This document shows positions 25,695 to 38,738 of a stretch of 64,000 nucleotides of DNA, in pieces. The first letter of the stretch is position 1, and every line of letters starts with the position of its first letter. The position numbers were made by a program, and so were the translations under genes. This stretch comes from Laetmonice hystrix (lineage: Eukaryota): the NCBI GenBank assembly GCA_965235115.1, contig OZ249439.1, positions 28,396,001 to 28,460,000 on the forward strand, given 5' to 3'. Below the pieces are notes generated by a model, which saw only the letters and a list, made by a program, of their open reading frames with translations, was not told the origin of the DNA and ran no database searches.

Positions 25695-27971
25695 TTGAGA
25701 CAGTCCCACCATGGTCCACCTCCCGTAAACGGGCACCTCACAGGCGGCCCTGGTGGGCGCTCAGCCGACATTGTCAGGACCCCAGGAGGTGCCGTAATGA
25801 AATTATAAAGAACACCTCCGACGCGGCACACACGTGCGAGATAGCACACAGACGAGAGACTCTTGCTGTCATCGTCCCTTCATTACGAAACCGATGGCCT
25901 CATGAGACGGTTCACTTCAGCGAAACTAGGAATCGTGTAATGTCACAGAAAAGGTGCGTGAAATATCCCTCTGGGCTGCAGTACTTTTGACTCCCCCCCC
26001 CCTCCCCACCTCATACACAGGTGCCACATGGCGTTTGCTAGCTATAGGGAGTACCACCGCATCATGACAGGTGCCAGGTGTTATACGGCCTGCGATAATG
26101 TCTTTCTGTCGTTGGCCCGATGACCTACTTGGCTCTACATCATGTATCAAAAGCTACCAGTCGGTCCACACAATAGTAATCTGAAATGGCATCGTACGTG
26201 TCTCCCCATAACCCAACACGGTTTTTCCCTCAACTTACAAACAATACACACTCATACGATAAATTTAAAGTACAATATTGAACAATTAAGATCATATTTA
26301 GCGACACCATTAGAAGGAAAACATCAAAGTAATTGAATTACTTATTTTCTATCACAGTACAATTAAATGTCTGTAACAAAATGAGCAGAGTATCTAGACT
26401 GGAAAAATAAATACGTCCCCCAGATACGTTGAGTACGTTTAGAGGGAATAAAAAATAACTTTAGTTGTTGACTGCAAGCATGGCATATTAATCGGTGAAC
26501 TTGGTAATTATTCTCCACCGTGCCAGAATCACTTTGCCAGTTTTCAGCGTGCATGCATTAATTCCTTACAAACATTCTTTGATGAAGACTAAACGGCTGA
26601 CAGATCTGACTGTTGACACCAACAGTGTTGTTCGATCAGCGAGCCGGGCGTCAAAGGTCAGAGATACAGTCGAATGACAGAAACAGATGTGTCGACCAAC
26701 AGACCACGCCAACAAACATGGCCTGGACCTGGTCCCACCCAGCCTGTGTGAGAGACAACAGGCATTTGAAATTATGCCTGCTCAATGTGTGCCTCCAGAC
26801 TGGGTGGGCCTTGAGGCGGGGTGGGCCTCCAACCTGAATGTAAAATGTGCTCAATTTATTTCCCCACAAAAAATTGCGAACTATGACAAAGTTGAGACTC
26901 TTTTCGAGTGGCATACGCATGACCAGGACCAGGCCAGACGAAACTTAATAACAGCACGAAGAGATTGCAACCATTATTGCGGCGTACTTTGTACGACGTC
27001 CGACATGAATACGAGAGTTTGCGGCGTACTTTGTACGACATGAATACGAGAGTTGAGATCCGACATTCGCCAACTGACGCCAACCAGTCCCATGTTTTTC
27101 TCATCATATTATACTCCGTCCGACACACGGCCACCGCCGACCGGTCTGCTAACGCCGTTATTGCCCAGATAATGGTCACCAGTAAGTAATAATGCAATTC
27201 GTTGAGCGTGGTTCATATTGTCGGTGGCGGCCGTCGCTTCTAATTTGACTTCGGTTTCTGAGCCTCATCCCATTCCAATATGACTGTCTCACGGACCATG
27301 GGGCGTACGTCTCCGCCTCCAACAAAACTACTTTTGTTGTATCATAGATTTGGTTCTCGGTTGATCAATTCGTGACCGTGGAGTTCGCTTGTCAAGCCAC
27401 GAATCCATGTGTCCGTATTGCGTCATCAAAACAATGAAATTACGCGCTACGCACACATGGAATCACTCCAACTTGTTTTCATTGATTTTGATGAATACGC
27501 ATTACGCAGTACGCATTACGCATCATGCACAACCTACGTACACATGGATTCCTGGCTTAAGACCAGACAAAATTATTATGCTCAGCGTTAAAGCCTCATT
27601 GCAAAAGAAGTCGCCTACTGGTTCTGAAGTGGCGTCCCCTGACACGCTGAACATAATATTTTCCTTCTTGCTGAATGATCCTCCGGCCGACCGCAGTGGT
27701 GGGTCCGTGTGTTTACAACGCTAACAGTGAGCCCGTAATGTCAGAAAACAAGTCTCTATATCATCAATGAAATGACACAGACCAAGGCAGCACGATCAAA
27801 CACAATAAAGTGACGTCTGTAACAAAACCCTTGCTACACTACTAGCAGTGCGGTTGGGTGCCTATACCTGGCACTTGGGACCGGGGCAATATTGCTTTAT
27901 GTGTGCTAGTCGGGGCTGAGAGGGGGGGGGGGCGACTTGCATTTCTGCTTCACGCCTGAGCAACAGGCAGG

Positions 27972-28326
27972 GTCGTATCAAGGCAGTCAGTTTCACTGAC
28001 AGCGTAAACCTGTCGTATCAAGGCAGTCAGTTTCACTGATGGAGTAAACCGGTCGTATCAAGGCGGTCAGTTTCACTGACAGAGTAAACCTGTCGTATCA
28101 AGGCGGTCAGTTTCACTGACAGAGTAAACCGATCAAGGCGGTCAGTTTCACTGACAGAGTAAACCGGGCGTATCAAGGCGGCCAGTTTCACTGACAGAGT
28201 AACCCGGTCGTATCAAGGCGGTCAGTTTCACTGACAGAGTAAACCGGTCGTATCAAGGCGGTCAGTTTCACTGACAGAGTAAACCGGTCGTATCAAGGCG
28301 GACAGTTTCACTGACAGAGTAAACCG
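27972..28326. repeat. 40-bp tandem repeat x9 with internal hairpin
   Basis: Unit gtcgtatcaaggcggtcagtttcactgacagagtaaaccg; stem GTCAGT-ttc-ACTGAC. Confidence 0.95.
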
Positions 28327-31022
28327 GAGTAAACCACTGACTTGCAGATCTGTCCCTGGTATAAAGAATCGGGTCACTATACCTCAGGCATAAAGAGCAA
28401 CAAAGGCGTGAAATCGGAACCCTCCATCCACGCCCCTGCCCCATGCCAACGGATTCTTGCGGCAATGAGAAAATAAAATCGAGAAACAAAAATAAACCCC
28501 AAATAATCCCATGAACAAAGACTTGTCAGTCACAGACGGTGACCTCCTGCCTTTCCAACCGATTCCCTCGACATATTATGTTGGATGCAGAGCACATGTT
28601 GTAAATTAGTTTGCCGGCTTTGGTCGAGGTTTTTACATCAATTATTCAAATCTGTTGCAGCTCATTCTCGTACTGTTTATTACCCCCGATGGCGAGAAAT
28701 CATCGAGAGGGTGATTTAAGGCAATAAAATAAAGAGAAGAATTTACCAAACATCCTTAAATCTGTTAGTCAGTGATTTGACATGGTTTCCTGCTATGAAA
28801 GGTTGTTAAGGATAAACCTCTATAAAGTGGCTTTCCAAATTACAACAGGAGCAGATCAAATTCAGCGAGGAAACTGCTGCTAATTGTTGCCGTTCACCGG
28901 TGGGACCGTCCCTGATCTAACAACCCATCTAACTCTCCTCCGGTCAGAATATCTCACCAACCCCTCCAGTCAGCCTGTCCTAGCCACCCGACCAGTCAGC
29001 TGGTTTTTCCCCACCCTTCCAGTCACCTTATTCATCCCGGCCCTCCAGTCACTTTATTCCTCCCACCCCTCCAGTCACCTTATTCATCCCGGCCCTCCAG
29101 TCACCTTATTTTCCCGGCCCTCCTGTCAGCGTATTCTACCCGGCCCTCAAATCCACTTATACTGATCCCATTTCGCACCCGTTCCGAGATCACCACATCC
29201 AAAGCCATGGGTCCCGACCACCAAGGTCAACGTTCGCGTTAACACCCAGCCTTCCCACCTCTGCCACCCTCTCCACCACCCTTGGGAACACCCCCTGCGT
29301 CCACCTACCCCCACTGTTCGGACCGGCTCTGACAACTGTTTCCTTCCATCCGATCCAGGCCAGGTTCCGGGAACAGAAGTGGACCTGGCGGGAAGGCCTT
29401 TCACACGTTGGCCTTGCTGGGTCAGGAACTTGTCGGTGAAGAACCACAAGGTGTCACTAGGTCAGAACTGGATTAGGAACTTGAAAATGGACCCCTTTTT
29501 CCCGCCGCCGAATGCTGCCGGTAATAATCGACACACATGACCTTTCACCTCTCTGTGACCTCCATGGCTGGCCGAGGAGGCGGGCCCTCCCAGAAGAAAA
29601 CACAGACACAGAGTGTGTGGGGCAGGTAGGGCGGGGGCAAGTTTCCTCAAGTTTCCTCCGTTCTCAGATTTAAATTCGAATTTATACCCCACCTCCAAAT
29701 CAAACAGACACAGCACTCTAACAGTCACTGAACTCAAACAAAGATTGGTTGAAGCTATACGTCACATTGTGTGACCGTTCTGGTTGTCGGCCCAGACCTC
29801 TGTCTAAAACACCACAGTCCGAGTCTGAGGAAAACGTTCAGAACGCGTACTGGTGGGCGGTCACTAACCTGAGTAGTATAGACAGTTGGCGCCTTGCAGC
29901 AGGCTTCACTGTCGTACGGTATAAACCATTATAGGATTTGATCCGAGCGTGGGATGGCGATTTACAATGTAAGAAGCTTAAGCACTCCAATAAAAGAAGC
30001 TGGCCTTATGCATTTTCAATAAAATGAGAACGGCTCAGGAAATAAGGAGCATAATGTGGAATAAGGAGAACTCTAAACTGATATTGCTGTGTGGGCCCTG
30101 TCATTATTCCACAACTTGTACGGGAAGTTTTTCAAAAACGCTGAATGGATAGTGTTTATAACTGTGGTTGGCCTCGATGACTGTAAAATTGCTTTCATAT
30201 GCATGGCCCACTTAATATAAAACATACGAATTTTTTTAGCAGCGACGACTAATAACCAAGGAGTCAGTACATGTATAACCATCAAGTTAGGGCCCTCGCC
30301 TTCAAAGAAACACGGAGGAGGATGAGATATTGACCTCGATGTTAATACCTTGCCAGCATACTTTTATTGTATGTCTGCCAGCGGAGTCCCAACATGTTGC
30401 TACCATGTACTCTACTGTTGCCATGTGATCAGCCTGACACAATACCGTATATCCACTTTCTACGGACCTTGCATCCGTTTTACCAGAACCACGTTTGCTT
30501 AAGATTCCTTCCCTATTGTGAGTTACCTAGTATTTTTACCATCTGCTCAGCAGCCTGAAAAATGACCTTTTCCCCTTATAGACAGCTCTGGCTTACAATT
30601 TTTTCACTTTCGACCTGACTCGATAATTATGCATTCGCAATTAACTGAGAAATATTTTGTAGGAGATAGGCATCATACATAGTAATTGTAGGCGGGCTCT
30701 CCGTAAGTAGTATGTAGAAATGAGTACAAGATTCAGGCGATTAATAATCTTATAACCGTATAATTAACACAATTATAATTATGATCTACTTGTATTTTAA
30801 TCAGTTCAGTGTAGTCGGTACTGTTTTTCATTAGCACCAATATGATTATCTCCCTTTAATTCAACAGCTATTTAATTACCTCGTCATTGTTTCGGATCAA
30901 ATTTAGAAATGAATCTGCACTACCCATTAGATATTATTATGAGTGTGTAGTCGATTCGGGCCCCAGTCTGTGGCATGCAGTGAGTGGTGAGTTGCACTTT
31001 ATAAAGATGTTATGACCGTCTG

Positions 31023-31759
31023 TCCGGTGAGCCAATGGCCATAACCCGGCCACTGTTCGGTGGGCCACTGACCACTGTCTGGTGGGCCAATGGCCATAAC
31101 CCGGCCACTGTCTGGTGGACCACTGACCACTGTCTAGTGGGCCAATGGCCGACCGGTGGGCCACTGACCACTGTCTGGTGGGCCAATGGCCATAACCCGG
31201 CCACTGTTCGGTGGACCACTGACCACTGTCTAGTGGGCCAATGGCCGACCGGTGGGCCACTGACCACTGTCTGGTGAGCCAATGGCCATAACCCGGCCAC
31301 TGTCTGGTGGACCACTGACTAGTGTCTGGTGGGCCAATGGCCATAACCGGGCCACTGCCCGGTGGTCCACTCACCACTCTCTGGTGGGCCAATGGCCATA
31401 ACCCGGCCATTGTCCGGTGGTCCACTCACCACTCTCTGGTGGGCCAATGGCCATAACCCGGCCATTGTCCGGTGGGCCACTCACCACAGTCCGGTGAACC
31501 AATGGCCATAACCCGGCCACTGTCCGGTGGGCCACTGACCACTGTCTAGTGGGCCAATGGCCATAACCCGGCCACTGACCGGTGGGCCACTGACCACTGT
31601 CTGGTGGGCCAATGGCCATAACCCGGCCACTGTCCGGTGGACCACTGACCACTGTCTAGTGGGCCAATGGCCATAACCCGGCCACTGACCGGTGGGCCAC
31701 TGACCACTGTCTGGTGGGCCAATGGCCATAACCCGGCCACTGTCCGGTGGGCCACTCAC
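31023..31759. repeat. 55-bp tandem repeat, about 14 copies
   Basis: Unit ccaatggccataacccggccactgtccggtgggccactgaccactgtctggtggg. Confidence 0.96.
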
Positions 31760-33964
31760 CATTTCTCTGCCTGCCCGGCGTTGTTTGTCCGGGAGAGGAG
31801 GGCCATCCCGACAGATGTCGTGCCCCCAACCCCTAGCCAACCCCACGTCCACTCGGACAAATCCAAGTTGACATGCTCATTACACTTGGCCGATCGCCTT
31901 GGTGGCGGTCATTTGGTCAGCCAATGGGACGCGGTCTGGGTGTAATGAGGGAACGATCAGCTCGCCGTCACCGACTAATTGGATCAGAAGGTAGTGTGCA
32001 TGAGTGTGGCTCGTCCAATCACCGTGGCCTTATCATAATCAGTCGACCTCACAAATACCAGCCAGACACCGTGTCCAAGGGAAACAAAAGTTCCCAGGAA
32101 AAATAAACATATTTGTCAGATTCTTTCTGGACTATGGATATGAAATAAAGACTTTTATCTACAGTTTTCCTATTATAGTATATCCTTTTTGGTGGGCACT
32201 CTTTATAAAGGATGTACTTATATCCCGATAATGTCAAAAACTATAAAGGCTCTATTACTTAATTGCAGCATTCTATATTATTTCATTATAAGCTACCCTT
32301 AATTCAGTGTGATATTCAATTCTGTGTAAAGCACGGAACGGGGCTCATCTACAGCCAACCCATCACCCTGGTCATTTCCGAGAGAACTCGTCCTCTCAAT
32401 GAAAACCCCGCTCACATGCAACTTCTAGATTGTGCATTAACAATCCCTTCCCACAATTCCTCAGTTCAAACAGCGCTGTTTTGAAGGTCAAGGTTAGAAT
32501 CGAGCCGTGCTGAATTCAAGTCAGTCGCGCCGATTCAATACGATCTGATGTAGTACTTGCATTAAGTACAGCCGTATAGGACCAGTCGGAATACCTCGGG
32601 CTGCCATGGCGACCATAAACCTAGAAATCTATCTCATGTCAACGCTGCTGCGTTTTCCTAATAACCGACGCCTCCTGCTGTGTATGGTGACGACTCTACG
32701 TTAGAAAACAACCTGGCTTCACCGACACTTTTTTTTGTACACGCCGAGGACTGCCTACAATGTGAAGCTCTGCCAAAGGTATGTACGACGTCGAATTATT
32801 TAAAGTTCAATTTACATGTGTAGAAATTCGTCACGCCACCTTATACGGCATTCAGGGTAATATATTATTGGGATGTACTCTACATCATCTTTCTGCCCCC
32901 CCCCCCCCCCGCCCCCTCCCGGCCAGTAGAGCCGAAGTATACATTAACATTACGCATTGCACCAGGCACTCCACATGGAAGAATTCACATCTCCAGTTGG
33001 TTGCCATGGACGTCCCTATCTGATGTATTACGTTTTAGATGACATTTGTGGGAGCGGAACATACAATAATGGCGAACCTTGCATAGCGCGTCTGGGGGGC
33101 GGCCAGAATACCCCCGCCCCACATCCCGTCTGCCTCTCTAAATGATCCGCTCTTTTCAGTATTAGCGACTAACCCAGAAAGAAAGAGAGAGAAAACTTGA
33201 GTTCCTCAAACATTATTGCACTCAATCTACGATATAAACACATAAAACCAACAGGAGGAATTTCCTTTTACTACAAAATGGCTTCATGTTCTGCCAACAA
33301 ACTCACTATGGTGCACCATACCACGTTACATTGTAAATAACAAGCTTGTGAAGCTTATAGCCCCCACCACGAACTATGGATTCTTGAAAAAACGATGCAC
33401 GACTTCAATTGATCTTTGAAGGGCAAAGGAAATATTGTCAAATGAAACTTCGTAAACTTAGTAAAGTTCTATGCAGTTATGTACATATATAGGATATACT
33501 AATAGTAATAGACAGTACGCGTCGCAAGATATTCCTGGGCGGGGGGGGGGGAGACCAAATCCGATGCTCTCCTAGATCCGGCGCCGATATTTTAATTAAT
33601 ACGGGCCTGTATCGTCTTCAAGTCTCCCTGACATCGTTATTTCCTGAGACATCTCATTCCAAAAACTCCTGCTGTAATCAAACATCGAGATACCTCACCA
33701 GGGGAGCGAGGATTCCCGTAGAGCCTCTGGTAAACCTGACTGCACTTAACGGGACAATAACGTGGGCGGAACGTGGTACACGCCAAATACAAGGGACGAG
33801 TCTCCCGCTCCAGTCTGCTGGCGTATTGAGATGTTACAACAAACGTGAAACATTACTGGCTACTTAGTACCTACAACATCATAAAGTATAGGCGCTGTGA
33901 ACGTCTAGAAGCAACAGTCACCCTCAACAGTCGGGATGACATGTACTTATACCCATTTATCTGT

Positions 33965-34152
33965 ACAGTCTCACCGTATACGGTCACTTACCGTTACAGT
34001 CTCACCGTATACGGTCACTTACCGTTACAGTCTCACCGTATACGGTCACTTACCGTTACAGTCTCACCGTATGCCGTCACTTACCATTACAGTCTCACCG
34101 TATACGGTCACTTACCGTTACAGTCTCACCGTATACGGTCACTTACCGTTAC
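33965..34152. repeat. 31-bp tandem repeat x6
   Basis: Unit cagtctcaccgtatacggtcacttaccgtta containing the palindrome ACCGTATACGGT. Confidence 0.95.
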
Positions 34153-36304
34153 AGGCGCGTTAACATATTGGACGGTAACTTGGCAGGTTTTTCTACTTGG
34201 CTGATCATCGACACTGGTTCGTCAGAAATATTTCTATTGACCTGGACATTGTGGGTGGAGGAAAATACATCCCACCTATACTTTCAAACTCTCTTACAAT
34301 CCATCAACTTCAAAGTACATATTCTAAATTGGTGCACCTTGGTATTATTTTCTCGATTTTTTGTCTGATAAAAGATATAAAATTATATATAGTACATGTA
34401 CACGACACCCCTAAATTATGATTAACCTTCAAGTTCATTTGGGGGGAGCAGGTTAAAAATCTATTGAAGAAACTAAGGATTTATTACCTCTTTGACTTTT
34501 CCAAGAAAGATTTATCGCAGTGCAAACTATCATCAGTTAAAGCCAAATGCAACAATCCAGCTACCTTATACCTTCCCATATGCCTTATACAATAAAGAAT
34601 AACATCAGCAATAAATGCAGGTCAATAGGTTTTACATAAACGAGAATGCCAACCTTAAACTACGAGTACCGTACCTCTAGCCGAGAAATGAACTCGGCGC
34701 CATTTTACATCACATTATCACATGGGAGATTGATTCAGCCAATCAAAAACAGTCAGGTCACCCGGAAGTGTGACGTCGCCAGAGCCGCGAATTTCGACCA
34801 GCTGTCAGATCGGGTGAGGATACAAGGTAGTCAGAGAGTCTAGACTGAGAGCTGCGAGTAAGATTATCCGTGTCATAGTACTAGGAGACCGATCAGCAGG
34901 TCTAACCACACCACTGACTTGGTGCTGATCCTTCGTGAAGATATGCCTGGGTGTGCTAGCTGAACGGTAGCCCGACGCTTTGACAGTGGCAGTGCACGCC
35001 ATGTCCCCGGCCGTAGACTGCCGTAGTCTGTCACTACTGTCAGACTCCATCCATGACCCAACCAGTGTACATTTCATTCTCTAGTTGACAATTCTCCGTA
35101 TAAATAATAGCTTTCAACCACCATTTCATGCGTTGGAGGGTATTGCGACGAATTTCTGTTCGTTTAAGCGCCCGGTAAGAGATTTTTCACTACGTTGTCG
35201 ATCGACCAAATTGGCATGTCTGGCCCCGTCCAACCACCAGTGCACGCCCGCCGGGAGCAAGGGAGTGCTACCCGTTGTTGACTTGAGACTCTTGACCACC
35301 TGACTCGGGTGTCGGGTGAGGCATGGAGCCTGGGACAGGGCACGCATGGGACATGAAGTCATGTAATCGACATGGGCCGAGATAACCATGGTCCGAGTTC
35401 ACCAGTAACCATTATTGTACATAGTGTCCGTGAAGATGGTTGACCAACACAGTGATGGGGGAATGGGGTAGGCTCTAGGGACGCCATTTTTTAAGGTCTC
35501 ACAGCAGTGAATTTCGGCAAGATGGACGCCGTGAGCAAACGGGCAACTGTCAGTTTCTATCGGGGATTACTTTTAACACACAGACTTTGTGGGAATTAGA
35601 TGGTGGCAGGTAAAAGGCACTATACCATGGTTATCCATGGGCCCTATTGCTAGTGGCGGTTTCGGATCGCTTTAAATCATGCCTTGTTATATTTTTGTAC
35701 AAAAAGGTGCGACAAAATCACCTTCCATTAAAAAGGGACTGGCACACTGATTGTGGAAACTACATCAACAACATGATCTATAGACACTCATAAAATAGTC
35801 TGAGCATAATTTTGTCAGTGAGTATGGCAATGGCATGCTGCTCACACAGATCCCGTTGAAGCAAGATGAAGACGTCAGTGGGAGGTGAAGGGAGGGAGGC
35901 GAGGGGAGGGAGGGCGTTGCCATCCCGCTGAGGACAGCTTACTCAGCATCCTCCCTACACGCGTTCACTCCTCACTAATCCTACTAGATGAATGTCTCCG
36001 CCATCATGCCACTACCAACTTGTTAGGCACGAAAGCAATTAGTAACAGGTGAGCAATTCTCCTAAGCGGGAACTAATCTGCTGATTAACGCCCTGATTAG
36101 TCTAATCCGATGACTCTTTACGCCGACTATCTGCTCAGTTTTTCTTCCACTTCTCCTTTTGCTTCTCAAGTTCATTGAAGAAGCCCTGATTCTGGTCTTT
36201 GAGGACAATCAATTTGTAAACCGTACGTTTATTTGTAAAACCACCATCCAGGACCCTGAACCAAGTGCCAGAACTGCACGCCGGAGAAAGAGGTAATTTC
36301 TCAC

Positions 36305-36320
36305 CGGCTTAGCTCCGTAT
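36305..36320 (-). CDS. Candidate 16-nt micro-exon
   Basis: ttttatcccag|ATACGGAGCTAAGCCG|gtgaga; good splice signals, frame uncertain. Confidence 0.25.
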
Positions 36321-36806
36321 CTGGGATAAAACTATACAATTACACCGTATTTCTCTCGCTATTTGACAACTGACATTTCGGAATTGACATTTGGAAGCAA
36401 CTACGATCTATAATTGAGATATTTACAGTTGTAAGAGATAAATACCAATTGCAAGCAAACTCGATGGTTTAGATAGACCTTATGCGGTGAATACTGGTAC
36501 ACGCTCTTAGCCTTCAGGTTGACTTTTAAAAATATTCCTGGAGCTTCAGAATCATGATTAAACAGACGTCAGCAAAATTAATTAACCTATGCCCAAAGGC
36601 ATGTTATCAGTCGATATAGTAACCGTAAATACCTTTTAACATTCAATATTTATGCACATTGTGTAACCAACCTGTATGCTTTCTACTGTAACACTGTACC
36701 TGTAACACTTAAAAGTAAATCTGTGCATAAAGCAACACACACACACCCCTAAAAAACGTAAGAAATAAACACATGCTTGAAACATAAGTAAAAAAAGAAG
36801 ACTTAC

Positions 36807-36842
36807 GTGGCTCAGAAGACACAATGTTGCCATCTGTTTGGT
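36807..36842 (-). CDS. Candidate 36-nt symmetric cassette exon (DQTDGNIVSSEP, phase 1-1)
   Basis: Strong acceptor gtgtgctctttcag| and consensus donor CAC|GTAAGT in AT-rich intronic context; open in phase 1, so it joins exon A or B in frame. Confidence 0.55.
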
Positions 36843-38562
36843 CTGAAAGAGCACACCAAGGACACATGCTGTCAAATCAAGAATCCAATCACAACACAAT
36901 AAAATAACACAATAGTTCATAACACAAAATTTACAGCTTCAGTTCGTAGTATCATAAATACTAGTGATCTCAAATAAAGATAAACATGAACACAAACAAA
37001 TACTACCTCATACGGAATCAAATAATTGATAATTGAGAAATATGATACAAAACTGAAACTAGTGCTTTATAAAAAAAACTGTTTAAAATTAAAGATGGCG
37101 GCGACTGAAGTATAAAAAGGAAAAGCAGTCATTCACATGCTTTGATTTCCTCTAATGTTGCGAACCGGCTGACATTCTATACAAAGGAAAACTGAAACAA
37201 AATCTGGCTGGCCCTAAAAAAAAGAGCCGTGCAGCCACAGAGATAGTACGGGCCATGTCTATGTTGTCGTTGTGGTAGTGATGGCCCATCATATACATGA
37301 AGATCAATTATCCCGTCCACACGTTCAATTAGTGCCATGAACTCATCCCAATAGGTCGTCACACAATGTCTGTGTTGTACGAGGGCCACAGCTCCGCGAC
37401 ACTCGCTGTACAATGAATGCCAGTATAACTGACGCTACGCTGAGGGCTGGGGGTACGCGACTTGTGACAACTTTGTTGGTTTCAATACATGATGGTTGGC
37501 ATTTTGGCTGAAGGCAGGCAGTGCCACATAGAGTGTATTATAACAGTATGTGCTCGTCAGCCTCCAAACCCCAGCTCCTCTCTCCCGAACTGTGAGCACT
37601 CTTTAAGGTAGTCTACTGATATATCGTGTTCCCGTTTAAAAACACACTTTGATATTAAAGGTAGGTCACTAGTGAAAAATCCTTTATATAGGCTAGACTT
37701 TCTAAACTACAATGCATTTTCATCCGCGAAAATAGACGTTGGGTCAATAAAAAAAAAATTCAACTAAGAATATATCGTATGTACATATTCCCTTGTCTCT
37801 CTTGATGTACGTGTAAGCGCGACCATTCATTCCTACCATGAAAACACCGAGAGATGATCATCAACTCTGTACCAATTATGTTTCCCCTTTGTGACTGAAT
37901 GTTTGAGAAACACAAGGAGCCATACACAACTGCACGTTCCTTTTCTTTTTTCTCAACTAAATCTGTTCATCGTCATGTTACAAATCCTTCAACAGAATGG
38001 CGTCATTTCGAAGTAACCGAAGACATAGCCAGTTAATTAAGTTCCCCCAACAACCACTCTCATGCCATCAAAGTATGCGATACAACCCCTTTTCCGATCT
38101 CCCATTATCTCAAAACGGTAAAAAAAAATTCTGTCATGATCACCAAATCCTCTAAAGGAAATGAGCTTTCATCTGCGGGTCTTTGTTGGTTTGTGTACAT
38201 ATTCTTGGATCGTACGAGTATAGATACGTACATCTTTGGATTCTTCCTGTAAGATCTTTTCTTGTCACTCTCTCCATGCTGGGCTCATTTCACAAGAATC
38301 CCGTTGTTGCAGTGTCTAAATATGATATTGATTCTCCGATAAGAGTGTTCTCAGCAGTCCTGCCAATCACCGTGAGGTCCGGATTAAAAACTGGCTAGGT
38401 TCTAACTTGCCATTATTGCCACAGCTCACATACATGTATACTGCGGCCAGGGCCGTACTAAAACTATAAGAATATTTCACAGCAACCTGTTGATCATATC
38501 TAACTTAGCCAGGAGCCTGCAGACTTGTGCACCCTTAACCTCATCTATACCAATGTCCTCTG

Positions 38563-38738
38563 GGCCCGGTTTTTAGGTCGTTATTTCACCAATCTTAAGA
38601 CTAGAATTTTAAGACTAACTTGTGTTATGGTCTCTCATTGGCTGACTTCATTTGAAGGACCAATCAGAAGCTCTGAAACAAGAGTTCAGTCTTAAGATTT
38701 GAATCTTAAGACTGAGTTTGCAAACTAAAAACCAGGGC
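38563..38738. mobile_element. PIF/Harbinger-type MITE (176 bp)
   Basis: CTG|GGCCCGGTTTTTAG...CTAAAAACCAGGGC|CTG; 12/14 TIR, 3-bp CWG-type TSD; internal repeated TCTTAAGA and CCAATCAG. Confidence 0.7.

Noticed and set aside
29147-29737. Two same-frame minus ORFs separated by one TGA (…IFKFLIQF*PSDTLWFFTDKFL…); similar cases at 2372 and 8217, suggesting selenocysteine or readthrough
   Set aside because: GC-rich DNA has sparse stops, no selenoprotein motif or SECIS was identifiable, and there is no recognisable homology.
37177-37413. NVWTG / DLHV words reminiscent of Tc1 transposase
   Set aside because: They lie in different frames, with no DDE spacing or TIRs nearby.
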